Assembly (NCBI GenBank): GCA_049522915.1
Contig: JBEKNK010000001.1
Coordinates: 4,052 to 68,051 of the forward strand
Length of the DNA stretch: 64,000 bases
Direction: 5' to 3'
Origin: Solirubrobacteraceae bacterium
GTDB taxonomy: Bacteria; Actinomycetota; Thermoleophilia; Solirubrobacterales; Solirubrobacteraceae
Positions within the stretch are counted from its first letter, which is position 1. Each line of letters starts with the position of its first letter. Below are positions 10,257-18,776 of the stretch, piece by piece. Position numbers and translations under genes: made by a program. The notes under the pieces were generated by a model, which worked only from the letters and a program-made list of their open reading frames with translations, was not told the origin of the DNA and ran no database searches.

Positions 10257-10308
10257 GCTTGGGCGCGCCGCCGGACGCTCTGGCTCCCCCACCCTGAATG
10301 TGAAAAGA

Positions 10309-10329
10309 GGGCGCACCGTGGGTGCGCCC
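10309..10329. terminator. hairpin between convergent genes (9-bp perfect stem, 3-nt loop)
   Basis: GGGCGCACC-GTG-GGTGCGCCC lies between the stop of the ASST gene and the stop of the LuxR-type regulator. Confidence 0.5.
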
Positions 10330-10471
10330 CCCTCCCTGGAAGAACTGCGCCCGGCGGATCGCAGCCGCCGGGCTTGCGCGAATTGCACCACGCCTCACAC
10401 GCCGTCGGCGGGTGAGGTTTCGCGCCCGCGACTGGGCAGATTTCTTCCGCCCGACCGCGGCTTGAACGGGA

Positions 10472-11116
10472 TCACTCGTCGAAGTCCTCCGCGAGGCCGG
10501 CGAGCGCCTCGATGCGGTTGCGCACACCGAGCCGGCGAAAGATCTCGGAGAGGTGAAATTTGACCGTGTTCGGCCGCACATTGAGGCATTCGGCGATCTC
10601 CTCGTTGCTGTAACCGTGAGCGACGAGTTTGAGCACCTCGACCTGGCGCGGCGTCAGCGTGACCGCCTCCGTTGCAGCCCGCCAACGTGAGGGCATCACC
10701 GCGTGGCCGGTCAGGATGTGCGCAATGGCGTCGCAGAGCTCGCCGACCGAGGACTCCTTCAGCACGACACCGTCGATCCGCCGCGTGCTCGCGCAGAGCA
10801 CGATCTGCTCCGTGATCTCCGTGGAGAGCAGAACGAGCTTGCAGTCCAGCTCGAGTGCCAGCAGGCGATCGACGGCACGCCCGCAGGCGCTGCGGTAGGA
10901 ATCGACGTCCAGAAGCACGACGTCGCAGCGCGGCGATGGCCGCTCAAAGCGCTCGGCCAGGGCCTCGATCGAGGAAACCGAGCAGGTCAGGGACATGCCC
11001 GGCTGAGCGTCGATCAGTTCGCCGATCGCAGCGCGCATCAACTGCGGGCCACCGACCAACGCAAGCGTGATCTCGCGCCTGCGCGCATCGCTCCGGCTTG
11101 CCGAGGTTCTCGTCAT
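10472..11116 (-). CDS. LuxR/NarL-family response regulator with atypical receiver domain
   Basis: C-terminal HTH LTPRQVEVLKLVAHGYSNEEIAECLNVRPNTVKFHLSEIFRRLGV. N-terminal receiver-like fold. ATG at 11116 is preceded by GGAGGG; the ORF could extend to 11230. Confidence 0.75.
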   Translation of the reverse strand: MTRTSASRSDARRREITLALVGGPQLMRAAIGELIDAQPGMSLTCSVSSIEALAERFERPSPRCDVVLLDVDSYRSACGRAVDRLLALELDCKLVLLSTEITEQIVLCASTRRIDGVVLKESSVGELCDAIAHILTGHAVMPSRWRAATEAVTLTPRQVEVLKLVAHGYSNEEIAECLNVRPNTVKFHLSEIFRRLGVRNRIEALAGLAEDFDE

Positions 11117-11473
11117 CCGCCCTCCGCTCTCCGGCGCCATCAGGGCGCCGCTCATGGCCGCGTTCCAGCAACGGTCTCGGTGCTCATACCGCTGGGCTGT
11201 GCAGCCATCTGTGTCCTTTCGCTCGCTCATAACACCTCAGCCAACGTAAAGGTGCGTCAAGGCGAATCCCACCCCCAAAAGGTGTTGCGTCTTGCACACC
11301 TTCTTGCAGCGCGGTGCGCAGGGCCTCAACGTCCCGGCCCGCTGCGAGGGCGGACCGCGACCGTGGGCGAGCCGCGCGGCGCCGACGCAAGCCGCGAAGG
11401 CGGCTTCACAGCCTCCCGGGCGCAGCCGAGGGCGCTGGAGCACCGCTGGCGCTGCCTATACTCGGCCGCGGAC

Positions 11474-11785
11474 ATGGTCCTGATCGGTCACTCCCAGCGC
11501 GTTTCGCAACCGCTCACGCGCACCCAGAAGCGCGGGCTCGCCGTCGTGGCGGTGATCGCGGTCGGGCTCGCCGCTTGGGCGATCGCGCGCTCGACCTCGG
11601 CTCCGGTCTCAAGCAACGGCTGCGTGAGCGTGCTCGTCCCGAGCTCGACCGGCGGCGGTGTCCTGTCGCACTGCGGCGCGGCGGCGCGCAGCTGGTGCCA
11701 GACCGAGTTCGTCAGCACCGGCGATCTCGCCAAGCGGGTCCAGGCCCAGTGTCGCCTGGCCGGCATCGAGCCACGGCGCAGCTGA
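11474..11785 (+). CDS. hypothetical small membrane-anchored protein
   Basis: 103 aa with one TM helix (GLAVVAVIAVGLAAWAI) and four Cys in the exported part. Weak evidence only. Confidence 0.3.
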   Translation: MVLIGHSQRVSQPLTRTQKRGLAVVAVIAVGLAAWAIARSTSAPVSSNGCVSVLVPSSTGGGVLSHCGAAARSWCQTEFVSTGDLAKRVQAQCRLAGIEPRRS

Positions 11786-11907
11786 TCGGCGCGGCGGTCG
11801 GAGCGGCGGTCGGCGAGCGGGCCTCGCGAGCCGGGCGCCTGGTGGCGGCGCGCGCCGGCTGATCCAGCGAGCCGCGGGCGAATGACTGCGGCGCGGGGCG
11901 GCTGCCC

Positions 11908-12294
11908 TCAGGCGGCCTTCGAGAGGAGCGCGAACAGGCCAGTGGGCCCGATCACATCCGGCGGGCGCCCCGAGATGTCAACCAGCTCGACCACGACGCG
12001 ACCGTCCGGGGTTCGCTCGAAGCGAAGCTCCTTACCCTGCGCAGCGAGCGTCTGGCCGGCGAGTGCGGCCTGGGCGAGCTCGCGCTCAACCTCCGGCGGC
12101 GGGACATAGAGCGCTGAGATCGATGCCGATGCTCCCGCGGCGGTCCGTCGCGCGCGCATCCTGCTCGCCGTGCGCTTGGCGCGCCGGAGCGTTTTGCCGA
12201 ACGCGCTCGGGCCGCTCGGGACAAGCGGCTGCGGTAGGTGCCCGAGCCTTGACGCGGACACGGCAAGGGCTTGCGGTTCGATCCTGGCTTCCAT
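11908..12294 (-). CDS. hypothetical protein, weak FlaG-like C-terminus
   Basis: 128 aa. C-terminal LRFERTPDGRVVVELVDISGRPPDVIGPTGLFALL resembles the FlaG family tail. Confidence 0.3.
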   Translation of the reverse strand: MEARIEPQALAVSASRLGHLPQPLVPSGPSAFGKTLRRAKRTASRMRARRTAAGASASISALYVPPPEVERELAQAALAGQTLAAQGKELRFERTPDGRVVVELVDISGRPPDVIGPTGLFALLSKAA

Positions 12295-12513
12295 CTTGCG
12301 TTAGTTGTCGAACCGCTCGGCGCGCGACTTGAGCCCACAGGCGCTCTCGCCAACGATGGTTCGACGCTGGTGCGTCAAACCGATCAGATGTCGAGCGCGG
12401 GGCGCCAGGCGGCGCGCCCCCACCGTGCTCATCCAACGAGCGTCCATGGGCGGGCGCGGACTGAGGGGAGCCCCGCTCAACGGCCGCGGCGCAGGCGGCG
12501 GACGGCCCCTGGG

Positions 12514-12894
12514 CTAGAGGAAGGCGATCCGGCCGGGCACCAGGGAGTCCTCGCTGGTCAGGAAAGCGGCGCAGGTGCGGTGGTATCCGTCGGCGATCTG
12601 GGCGACGACATCGGCGCGCAGCACGACGAGCAGGATCGGTGAGAGGGCCTCCTTGTCGCGCACCTTCGCCAGCTTCTCGGCCACCTCCTCGCTCTGCTTT
12701 GCGCTCAGCAACGGCAGCCGTGCGGCGCGCAGGATGTCCTTGGCCCGCCAGCGCCCGGCCGGAGCCTCGCGCAGCTGGGCGATCAGCGGATCGAGCTCCG
12801 CGGCGCCGACCAGCAACGAGAGGTAGCTGTGTGCAGCCGCGTAATCCTTGTCCTCGGGCTCGTCGAGCCACCTGACCTTCGGCGGGTCAGCCAC
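12514..12894 (-). CDS. hypothetical protein, third gene of the riboswitch-controlled operon
   Basis: 126 aa. Its start overlaps the stop of the sulfur-carrier gene by 8 nt. No family recognised. Confidence 0.5.
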   Translation of the reverse strand: MADPPKVRWLDEPEDKDYAAAHSYLSLLVGAAELDPLIAQLREAPAGRWRAKDILRAARLPLLSAKQSEEVAEKLAKVRDKEALSPILLVVLRADVVAQIADGYHRTCAAFLTSEDSLVPGRIAFL

Positions 12895-13162
12895 CCGCCA
12901 CCGCCGGCAGGATCGTGAGCTCCGCGCCGTCGGGAACCGCCGTCGCCACGCCGTCCAGGAAGCGGATGTCCTCGCCGGCGAGGTAGACGTTGACGAAGCG
13001 GCGCAGACCGCCCTGCTCGTCCGAGATCCGCTCGCGCAGCTCGCCGAACTGGGCGAAGAGTTCGTCGAGCACCTCGGACACCGTTGCGCCCTGGACGCTG
13101 GCGACGCTCTCGCCCCCCGTCGCCGAACGCAGTTGCGTCGGGATGCGGACCGTGACCGCCAT
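12887..13162 (-). CDS. MoaD/ThiS-family sulfur-carrier protein (C-terminal GG)
   Basis: 91 aa ending in AVAGG-stop, with beta-grasp length and pattern. Its ATG overlaps the TGA of the upstream ThrC-like gene (ATGA at 13160-13164). Confidence 0.8.
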   Translation of the reverse strand: MAVTVRIPTQLRSATGGESVASVQGATVSEVLDELFAQFGELRERISDEQGGLRRFVNVYLAGEDIRFLDGVATAVPDGAELTILPAVAGG

Positions 13163-14421
13163 CAGACGGCAACCGAGCCGAGCGCCGCCTCGAAGGCCTC
13201 GAGCGTCGGATCGATCTCGTGCGCCTGAAAGCTTCCGCGCACCGCGTCGAGCGTCTTCAGGCCGTCGCCGGTGATCACAAGCACGACCCGCTCCTGTGGG
13301 TCGATCTCGCCTCGCCGCGCAAGCTCGCTGAGCACCGCTACGCTGACGCCGCCGGCCGTCTCGGTGAAGATCCCGGTCGTCTCGGCCAGCAGGCTGATGC
13401 CCTCGCGGATCTGGTCGTCGGAGACGGCGTCCACGGCGCCACCGGTGCGGCGCGCGAGCTCGATGACATAGGGGCCGTCGGCCGGGTTGCCGATCGCCAG
13501 CGACTTGGCGATCGTGTTCGGCTTGACGGGCTGGCAGAAGTCCTGGCCGAGCGCGAACGCGTTTGCAACCGGCGCGCACCCGGATGCCTGAGCTCCGTTC
13601 ATGATCGGCTCGCGGCCCTCGACGAGTCCGAGCTCGATCCACTCCGCAAACCCTCGATGGACCTTCGTGAACAACGAGCCCGAAGCGATCGGGACGATGC
13701 AGCGGTCGGGCAGCTCCCAGCCGAGCTGCTCGACGATCTCGTAGGCGACGGTCTTGGAGCCCTCGGCGTAGTACGGCCGCATGTTGATATTCACGAACGC
13801 CCAGTCGTCATGCTCGGCAGACAGCTCGGTGCACAGGCGGTTGACCTCGTCGTAGTTGCCGCGCACGGACACCAGGTTGGTGCCGTAGACGCCGGTGCCG
13901 AGGATCTTCTGCTCCTCGAGATCTGCGGGGATGAAGACGTAGGAGGGCAGGCCGAGCGCCGCCGCCTGAGCCGCGACCGCGTTGCCGAGGTTGCCGGTCG
14001 AGGCGCAGGCGAGCGCGGCAAAGCCCAGCTCACGCGCGCGCGCGGAGGCCACGGCGACGACTCGGTCCTTGAACGAGTGGGTCGGATTGGCCGCGTCGTT
14101 CTTGACCCACACCTCGCGCAGACCGAGCCGCTCGGCCAGCCGATCGGCGTTGATCAGCGGTGTCCAGCCAGCCGGCAGCCCGGCTCGCGACGCCAGGTGG
14201 TTGGACGGTCCGGGCGGTCCGCCGGCCAGCGGCAGGAAGTCGGCGTAGCGCCAGACGTCCTGGGATCCACCCTGGATGCGTCGGCGCAGCGTCGCGACGT
14301 CACCGGTGAAGCCGTGCTTGTAACGAACCTCGAGCGGTCCGAAGCAGCGCTCACACACATAGAGCGCCTCGAGCGGGTACTCCGTCCCGCATTCCTTGCA
14401 CTTGAGACTTTCTGCCGCCAT
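13162..14421 (-). CDS. threonine-synthase-like PLP enzyme with N-terminal zinc ribbon (candidate MetM-type homocysteine synthase)
   Basis: 419 aa. CKECGTEYPLEALYVCERCFGPLEV zinc ribbon. NPTHSFKDR PLP-lysine motif and a TrpB/ThrC fold pattern. Preceded by a SAM-I riboswitch. Confidence 0.85.
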   Translation of the reverse strand: MAAESLKCKECGTEYPLEALYVCERCFGPLEVRYKHGFTGDVATLRRRIQGGSQDVWRYADFLPLAGGPPGPSNHLASRAGLPAGWTPLINADRLAERLGLREVWVKNDAANPTHSFKDRVVAVASARARELGFAALACASTGNLGNAVAAQAAALGLPSYVFIPADLEEQKILGTGVYGTNLVSVRGNYDEVNRLCTELSAEHDDWAFVNINMRPYYAEGSKTVAYEIVEQLGWELPDRCIVPIASGSLFTKVHRGFAEWIELGLVEGREPIMNGAQASGCAPVANAFALGQDFCQPVKPNTIAKSLAIGNPADGPYVIELARRTGGAVDAVSDDQIREGISLLAETTGIFTETAGGVSVAVLSELARRGEIDPQERVVLVITGDGLKTLDAVRGSFQAHEIDPTLEAFEAALGSVAV

Positions 14422-14476
14422 ATGAAAACCCTCCGCTGGTCATGTGGCGAAGGTTCTCAGGCAGAAGCTCCAACCA

Positions 14477-14582
14477 CATCTCCCAGGCCGTTGTTGGAGC
14501 CTGATGGAATTGGCACCGTTTCTCGCTTGCGCGAGATGGTTGCCGGGGTTTCATAGGGCCAGTCCCTCCACCCCTCTGGATG
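14477..14582 (-). promoter_or_regulatory. SAM-I (S-box) riboswitch aptamer
   Basis: Minus-strand RNA reads CAUCCAGAGGGGUGGAGGGACUGGCCCUAUGAAACCCCGGCAACC-AUCUCGCGCAAGCGAGAA-ACGGUGCCAAUUCCAUCAGGCUCCAACAACGGCCUGGGAGAUG. This matches the conserved SAM-I core, with P1 closing CAUC/GAUG. An SD (GGAGGG) and the ATG of the ThrC-like gene follow ~55 nt downstream. Confidence 0.85.
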
Positions 14583-14692
14583 CGTCCAGCTATGTACGCG
14601 CAAGTATAGCGGTGTGCAGGCCAGAAAACGACAGCCGGGCGCAACGCCCAACCAGCGCGGTAACGCGCCGGTCTGGGCGGTGTAGCAGAGAC

Positions 14693-15682
14693 GTGAGCGA
14701 CTCATCCACCGAAACCGCCGTCCAGCGCGTCGTCGCGACGCTCGAGCCGATCGACGCCGCCGACCGTCGCCGGGCGCTGGTGATTGTCAACCCCTTCGCG
14801 ACGACCGTATCCGATCGCCTGCGCAACCTCGTCGTCTATGCGCTGGCCGCGCGCTACGAGGTCGAGGCGGTCGAGACGCAGTCGCGCGGTCACGCGACCG
14901 AGATCGCCCGCGACGCGGCGCGATCGGGCTACGGGATCGTGATCGCCTTCGGCGGCGACGGCACCGTCAACGAGGCGGCCAACGGCCTGGCCGGGTCGGG
15001 CACGCCGTTGAGCTGCCTGCCTGGCGGTTCGGCAAACGTCTTCTGCAAGCTGCTCGGAATCCCAGGTGAGATCGTCGACGCCACGCAGCACCTCCTGCGC
15101 GTGGCCGACAACTTCGCGCCGCGCCAAATCGACCTCGGCGATGTCGAGGGGCGCCTCTACACCTTCAGCGCCGGCATCGGCATCGACGCCGCTGTCGTGC
15201 GCGGCGTCGACGCCCGGCCGCGGCTGAAGGCGCGTTTCGGGCCCTATTTCTTCCTCGGCACGGCGCTCACCACCTTCGCCGGCCGCTACCTGCTCCGCGC
15301 GCCGAGGATGTTCGTGTCGGTCGGCGAGGAAACCGTTGTGGGCGTCACGACGATCGTCCAGAACGCCGCTCACTACACCTACTTCAACGACCGCCCGATC
15401 GACCTCGCCCGGGGCGCCTCGCTGGACGGCGGCACACTCGCGAGCGTCGTGCTGCGCCGCGCGAGCCTGCTCGCAGCGCCGACGCTGCTGGCCCGCGCCG
15501 TGCTCGGCCGCCGCGGCGTCGGCGGCCACCGCCAGGTTGCAAGCTTCGAGGACGTCACGTCGATGACCGTCAGCAGCGCGAGTGGACGCCCGCTGCCGCT
15601 GCAGGTGGACGGCGATCACATCGGCGACGTCACCGAGGCGCGCTTCACGATCCGTCCCGGCGTGCTGACCGTCGTCGCGTAG
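14693..15682 (+). CDS. diacylglycerol kinase family lipid kinase
   Basis: VIVNPFATT...FGGDGTVNEAANGL...LPGGSANVF motifs. GTG 14693 is chosen because the longer ORF start (14444) would run through the riboswitch region. Confidence 0.8.
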   Translation: MSDSSTETAVQRVVATLEPIDAADRRRALVIVNPFATTVSDRLRNLVVYALAARYEVEAVETQSRGHATEIARDAARSGYGIVIAFGGDGTVNEAANGLAGSGTPLSCLPGGSANVFCKLLGIPGEIVDATQHLLRVADNFAPRQIDLGDVEGRLYTFSAGIGIDAAVVRGVDARPRLKARFGPYFFLGTALTTFAGRYLLRAPRMFVSVGEETVVGVTTIVQNAAHYTYFNDRPIDLARGASLDGGTLASVVLRRASLLAAPTLLARAVLGRRGVGGHRQVASFEDVTSMTVSSASGRPLPLQVDGDHIGDVTEARFTIRPGVLTVVA

Positions 15683-15785
15683 GCGCGGTCGCGCGTCCCG
15701 CGCGCGCTACGCGACGTCGGGCATGCGCGCCAGCGGGCGCCGGCTGGGGCCCGGGAGCTCCCGCAGCAGCGCGGCGCGACCGCGG

Positions 15786-16448
15786 TCAGCCGAGCGGCTC
15801 GTCGTGCTCGTGCTCGGCCGCCGCGGCAGTGGCCTCGAGCGGCCCGGCCTCCCCGGGCTCGGGCGACGCGGCGGCGGCGGCCTCGAGCGGCCCGGCCTCC
15901 CCGGGCTCGGGCGACGCGGCGGCGGCGGGCTTGGGCGGCCCGGCGTCCGCGAGATCGGACGCGTCCCCGGGCCCGGCGTCCCCGGGCTCGGACGAAGCGG
16001 GGGCGGCGGCGGGCGCGACCGAATTTTGGTGGCCGCCGCTCTCGCGCGGCTCGGCGTACGTCTGCGCGGCCGCGGGAGCCTCGACGGGCACGGCTGGCGG
16101 GCCGGCCGGCAGCGCCGGGCGGGAGCGACGCCGGCGGAAGAGGTGACCGATGCCGGCAACCTCCCGCTCGGCGGCTTCCAGCGGAGCCGCCATTCGCAGC
16201 ACCTCGCCGAGTTGTTCGGTGAGCTTGACCAGCGCGCCGGTGAGTTCCGGCAGCGTCGCAGCAACGGCCTCGAGCACCTCGACGTGGTGGTCCATCGACT
16301 CGGCCGCGTGGTGCAGAGCCGCCACCGCCTCGTGCAGCGGCTGCTCGACCGGCGTGTGCTCCTCGACCTCGTGCTCGGCGCCGCCGAGCAGCTTCAGCGT
16401 CGAGCGCATCGCGCTGCCGACGAAGTCCGGCACGGGCAGCGATGGCAT
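15786..16448 (-). CDS. hypothetical protein with Ala/Pro/Glu-rich repetitive C-terminus
   Basis: 220 aa, starting 2 nt after the relA stop. Helical N-terminal half. C-terminal low-complexity half contains a perfect 16-aa duplication. Confidence 0.45.
   Translation of the reverse strand: MPSLPVPDFVGSAMRSTLKLLGGAEHEVEEHTPVEQPLHEAVAALHHAAESMDHHVEVLEAVAATLPELTGALVKLTEQLGEVLRMAAPLEAAEREVAGIGHLFRRRRSRPALPAGPPAVPVEAPAAAQTYAEPRESGGHQNSVAPAAAPASSEPGDAGPGDASDLADAGPPKPAAAASPEPGEAGPLEAAAAASPEPGEAGPLEATAAAAEHEHDEPLG
15841..15936. repeat. perfect 48-bp tandem duplication (2 copies) inside a CDS
   Basis: GGCCTCGAGCGGCCCGGCCTCCCCGGGCTCGGGCGACGCGGCGGCGGC occurs at 15841-15888 and again at 15889-15936. Confidence 0.9.
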
Positions 16449-16449
16449 C

Positions 16450-18762
16450 TCAGTTCCCGGGGGTCACGCGGAAGGCGTCGAACACCGAGTCGATGTTGCG
16501 CAGGCGCGAGATCGTCGCCTTCAGCGTCTGGGTGTCTGCGCACTCGACGACGAAGCGGTTTCGGATCATCGGCGGGTTGGCGGTGCACTGGGCCTCGACG
16601 ATGTTCATGCCCGCCTCCGAGAAGGTGCGGGAGAGGTCCTCGAGCAGGCGGTGGCGATCCCAGCCGTCGATCTGGATCTCCACCTTGAAGCCCGTCGTCT
16701 GCTCCCCCTCCCACGCCACCGGCGTGAAACGGTCGGCGTCGCGACTCAGGGCCCGCGCGTTGGAGCAGTCCTCGCGATGGATCGTGATGCCGCGCCCGAG
16801 CGAGATGTAGCCGACGATCTCATCGCCAGGCACCGGGCGGCAGCACTTCGCGAGGCGCACCAGCACGTCGCTGACGCCCTCGACGCGGATGCCGAACTCG
16901 CTCGAGGAGTTGGTCGGACGGCGTCGCTCGCGCCGTGAGGAGATGAGCGTCGAGGCGGCCGTCTGGTCGGCGTCGGCGGCCTCCCCCTCCTTGAGCCGCT
17001 GCATGATCTTGCCGACCACCGTCTTCGGCGAGACCTTGGCCGCACCGAGCGCGATGTAGAAGTCGTCGGCCTTGCGGAAGCCGAGCTCGCGGATCACGTC
17101 CGCGAGCAGGCCCGAGCCGGTGATCCGCTGCGCCGGAAGCCCCTGTTTGCGCAGCGCCTCCTGCAGCGCCTCGCGACCCGAGTGCTCGGTGTCCTGGCGC
17201 GTCTCGGCCTTGAACCACTGCTTGATCTTGTTGCGCGCCCGCGTCGTCTTGACGACCGCGAGCCAGTCGCGCGAGGGGCCGCGCTCACGCTTCGAGGTCA
17301 GCACCTCGACGATGTCGCCGGAACGCAGCTCGTAGCTGAGCGGCACGATCTTGCCGTTGACCTTTGCGCCGACGCAGCGGTGGCCGACATCGGTGTGGAC
17401 CTCGTAGGCGAAATCGAGCGGCGTCGCGCCCGCCGCGAGCGACTTGACCTCGCCCTTCGGCGTGAAGACGTAGACCTCGTCCTCGAACAGGTCGACCCGG
17501 AGCGTCTCCATGAACTCCTTCGGATCGGAGGTCTCGCTCTGCCAATCGACCATCGAGCGCAGCCATTTCAGCTTGCCCTCGTCCGCCGACCAGTTCGAGC
17601 GCCCGCTGCGGTCCGGTCTCGCCGCCTGCTTGTACATCCAGTGCGCCGCGACACCGTACTCGGCCATGTTGTGCATCTCGCGGGTGCGAATCTGGATCTC
17701 GAGCGGCCGGCCCTCGGGTCCGATCACGGTCGTGTGCAGGGACTGGTACATGTTGAACTTGGGCATCGCGACGAAGTCCTTGAAACGCCCGGGCAGTGGC
17801 TTCCAGAGCGAATGCACGACACCGACGGCGCCGTAGCAGTCCTTCGTCGTCTCGACGACAACGCGCATCGCCGTGAGGTCGTAGATCTCGTTGAACTCGC
17901 GGTCCTTGCGGGTCATCTTCGAGTAGATCGAGTAGAAGTGCTTGGCGCGGCCGGAAATCGAGGCGGCGATGCCCAGCGAGTCGAGCTCCCGCTGCAGGAT
18001 CTCGCCGGCGCTGTGCACGTAGCGCTCGCGATCGTCGCGCTGCTGCGCCACGAGCACCTTGATCTCCTCGTACTTGCGCGGGTGCAGCGTCGCGAAGGCG
18101 AGGTCCTCGAGCTCCCACTTGAGCGCGTGGATACCGAGGCGGTGCGCGATCGGGGCGTAGATCTCGAGCGTCTCCTTGGCCTTCTCGATCTGCTTCTGCT
18201 TGGGCAGCGCGCCGATCGTGCGCATGTTGTGCAGGCGGTCGGCCAGCTTGATCAGGATGACGCGCACGTCGCTCGCCATCGCGACGATCATCTTGCGGTA
18301 GTTCTCGGCCTGGGCCTCATCGCGCGAGGAGAAGGTGATCCCAGTCAGCTTGGTGACACCGTCGACGAGGTTCGCCACGTCCTCGCCGAAGCGCTCGTGG
18401 ACCTCCTCGAGCGAGGCCGTGGTGTCCTCGACGGTGTCGTGCAGCAGCGCGGCGCAGAGCGTCTCGGTGTCCAGGCGCATGCTGGCGCAGATGCGCGCGA
18501 CGCCGACGGGATGGACGATGAACTCCTCGCCCGAGCGCCGGCGCTGGTCGGCGTGATGGTCGCAGGCGAACACGAACGCGGCCGCGACGGCGTCGCGGTC
18601 GATCGGGACGAGCGAGTCCTCGGCGTGCTCCTCGACGATCGCGAAGAGGTCGCCGAGCAGCCGCCGCTCGCGCTCGTGCAGCGCCGTCAGGTCCGGTGGG
18701 GCGATGTGCAGGCCGGCGGCCGGGCTCTCAGGCGCAAGCACGCCTGCGTCCGGTGGGCTCAC
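16450..18762 (-). CDS. relA: bifunctional (p)ppGpp synthetase/hydrolase RelA/SpoT
   Basis: 770 aa. HD hydrolase (HPVGVA, LLHDTVEDT), synthetase (YSIYSKM...DLTAMRVVV), TGS and ACT regions. Confidence 0.95.
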   Translation of the reverse strand: MSPPDAGVLAPESPAAGLHIAPPDLTALHERERRLLGDLFAIVEEHAEDSLVPIDRDAVAAAFVFACDHHADQRRRSGEEFIVHPVGVARICASMRLDTETLCAALLHDTVEDTTASLEEVHERFGEDVANLVDGVTKLTGITFSSRDEAQAENYRKMIVAMASDVRVILIKLADRLHNMRTIGALPKQKQIEKAKETLEIYAPIAHRLGIHALKWELEDLAFATLHPRKYEEIKVLVAQQRDDRERYVHSAGEILQRELDSLGIAASISGRAKHFYSIYSKMTRKDREFNEIYDLTAMRVVVETTKDCYGAVGVVHSLWKPLPGRFKDFVAMPKFNMYQSLHTTVIGPEGRPLEIQIRTREMHNMAEYGVAAHWMYKQAARPDRSGRSNWSADEGKLKWLRSMVDWQSETSDPKEFMETLRVDLFEDEVYVFTPKGEVKSLAAGATPLDFAYEVHTDVGHRCVGAKVNGKIVPLSYELRSGDIVEVLTSKRERGPSRDWLAVVKTTRARNKIKQWFKAETRQDTEHSGREALQEALRKQGLPAQRITGSGLLADVIRELGFRKADDFYIALGAAKVSPKTVVGKIMQRLKEGEAADADQTAASTLISSRRERRRPTNSSSEFGIRVEGVSDVLVRLAKCCRPVPGDEIVGYISLGRGITIHREDCSNARALSRDADRFTPVAWEGEQTTGFKVEIQIDGWDRHRLLEDLSRTFSEAGMNIVEAQCTANPPMIRNRFVVECADTQTLKATISRLRNIDSVFDAFRVTPGN

Positions 18763-18776
18763 GACGGTGACCTGCT

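Noticed and set aside
12268-12290. tRNA-like T-arm string GCGGTTCGATCCTGGC.
   Set aside because: The flanks cannot form a T-stem or acceptor stem (GCGG versus CCTG are not complementary). The string lies at the 5' end of a minus-strand ORF.
14444-14692. N-terminal 83-aa extension of the lipid-kinase ORF.
   Set aside because: It overlaps the SAM-I riboswitch and leader on the opposite strand and has implausible composition. The DAGK-family homology begins after GTG 14693.
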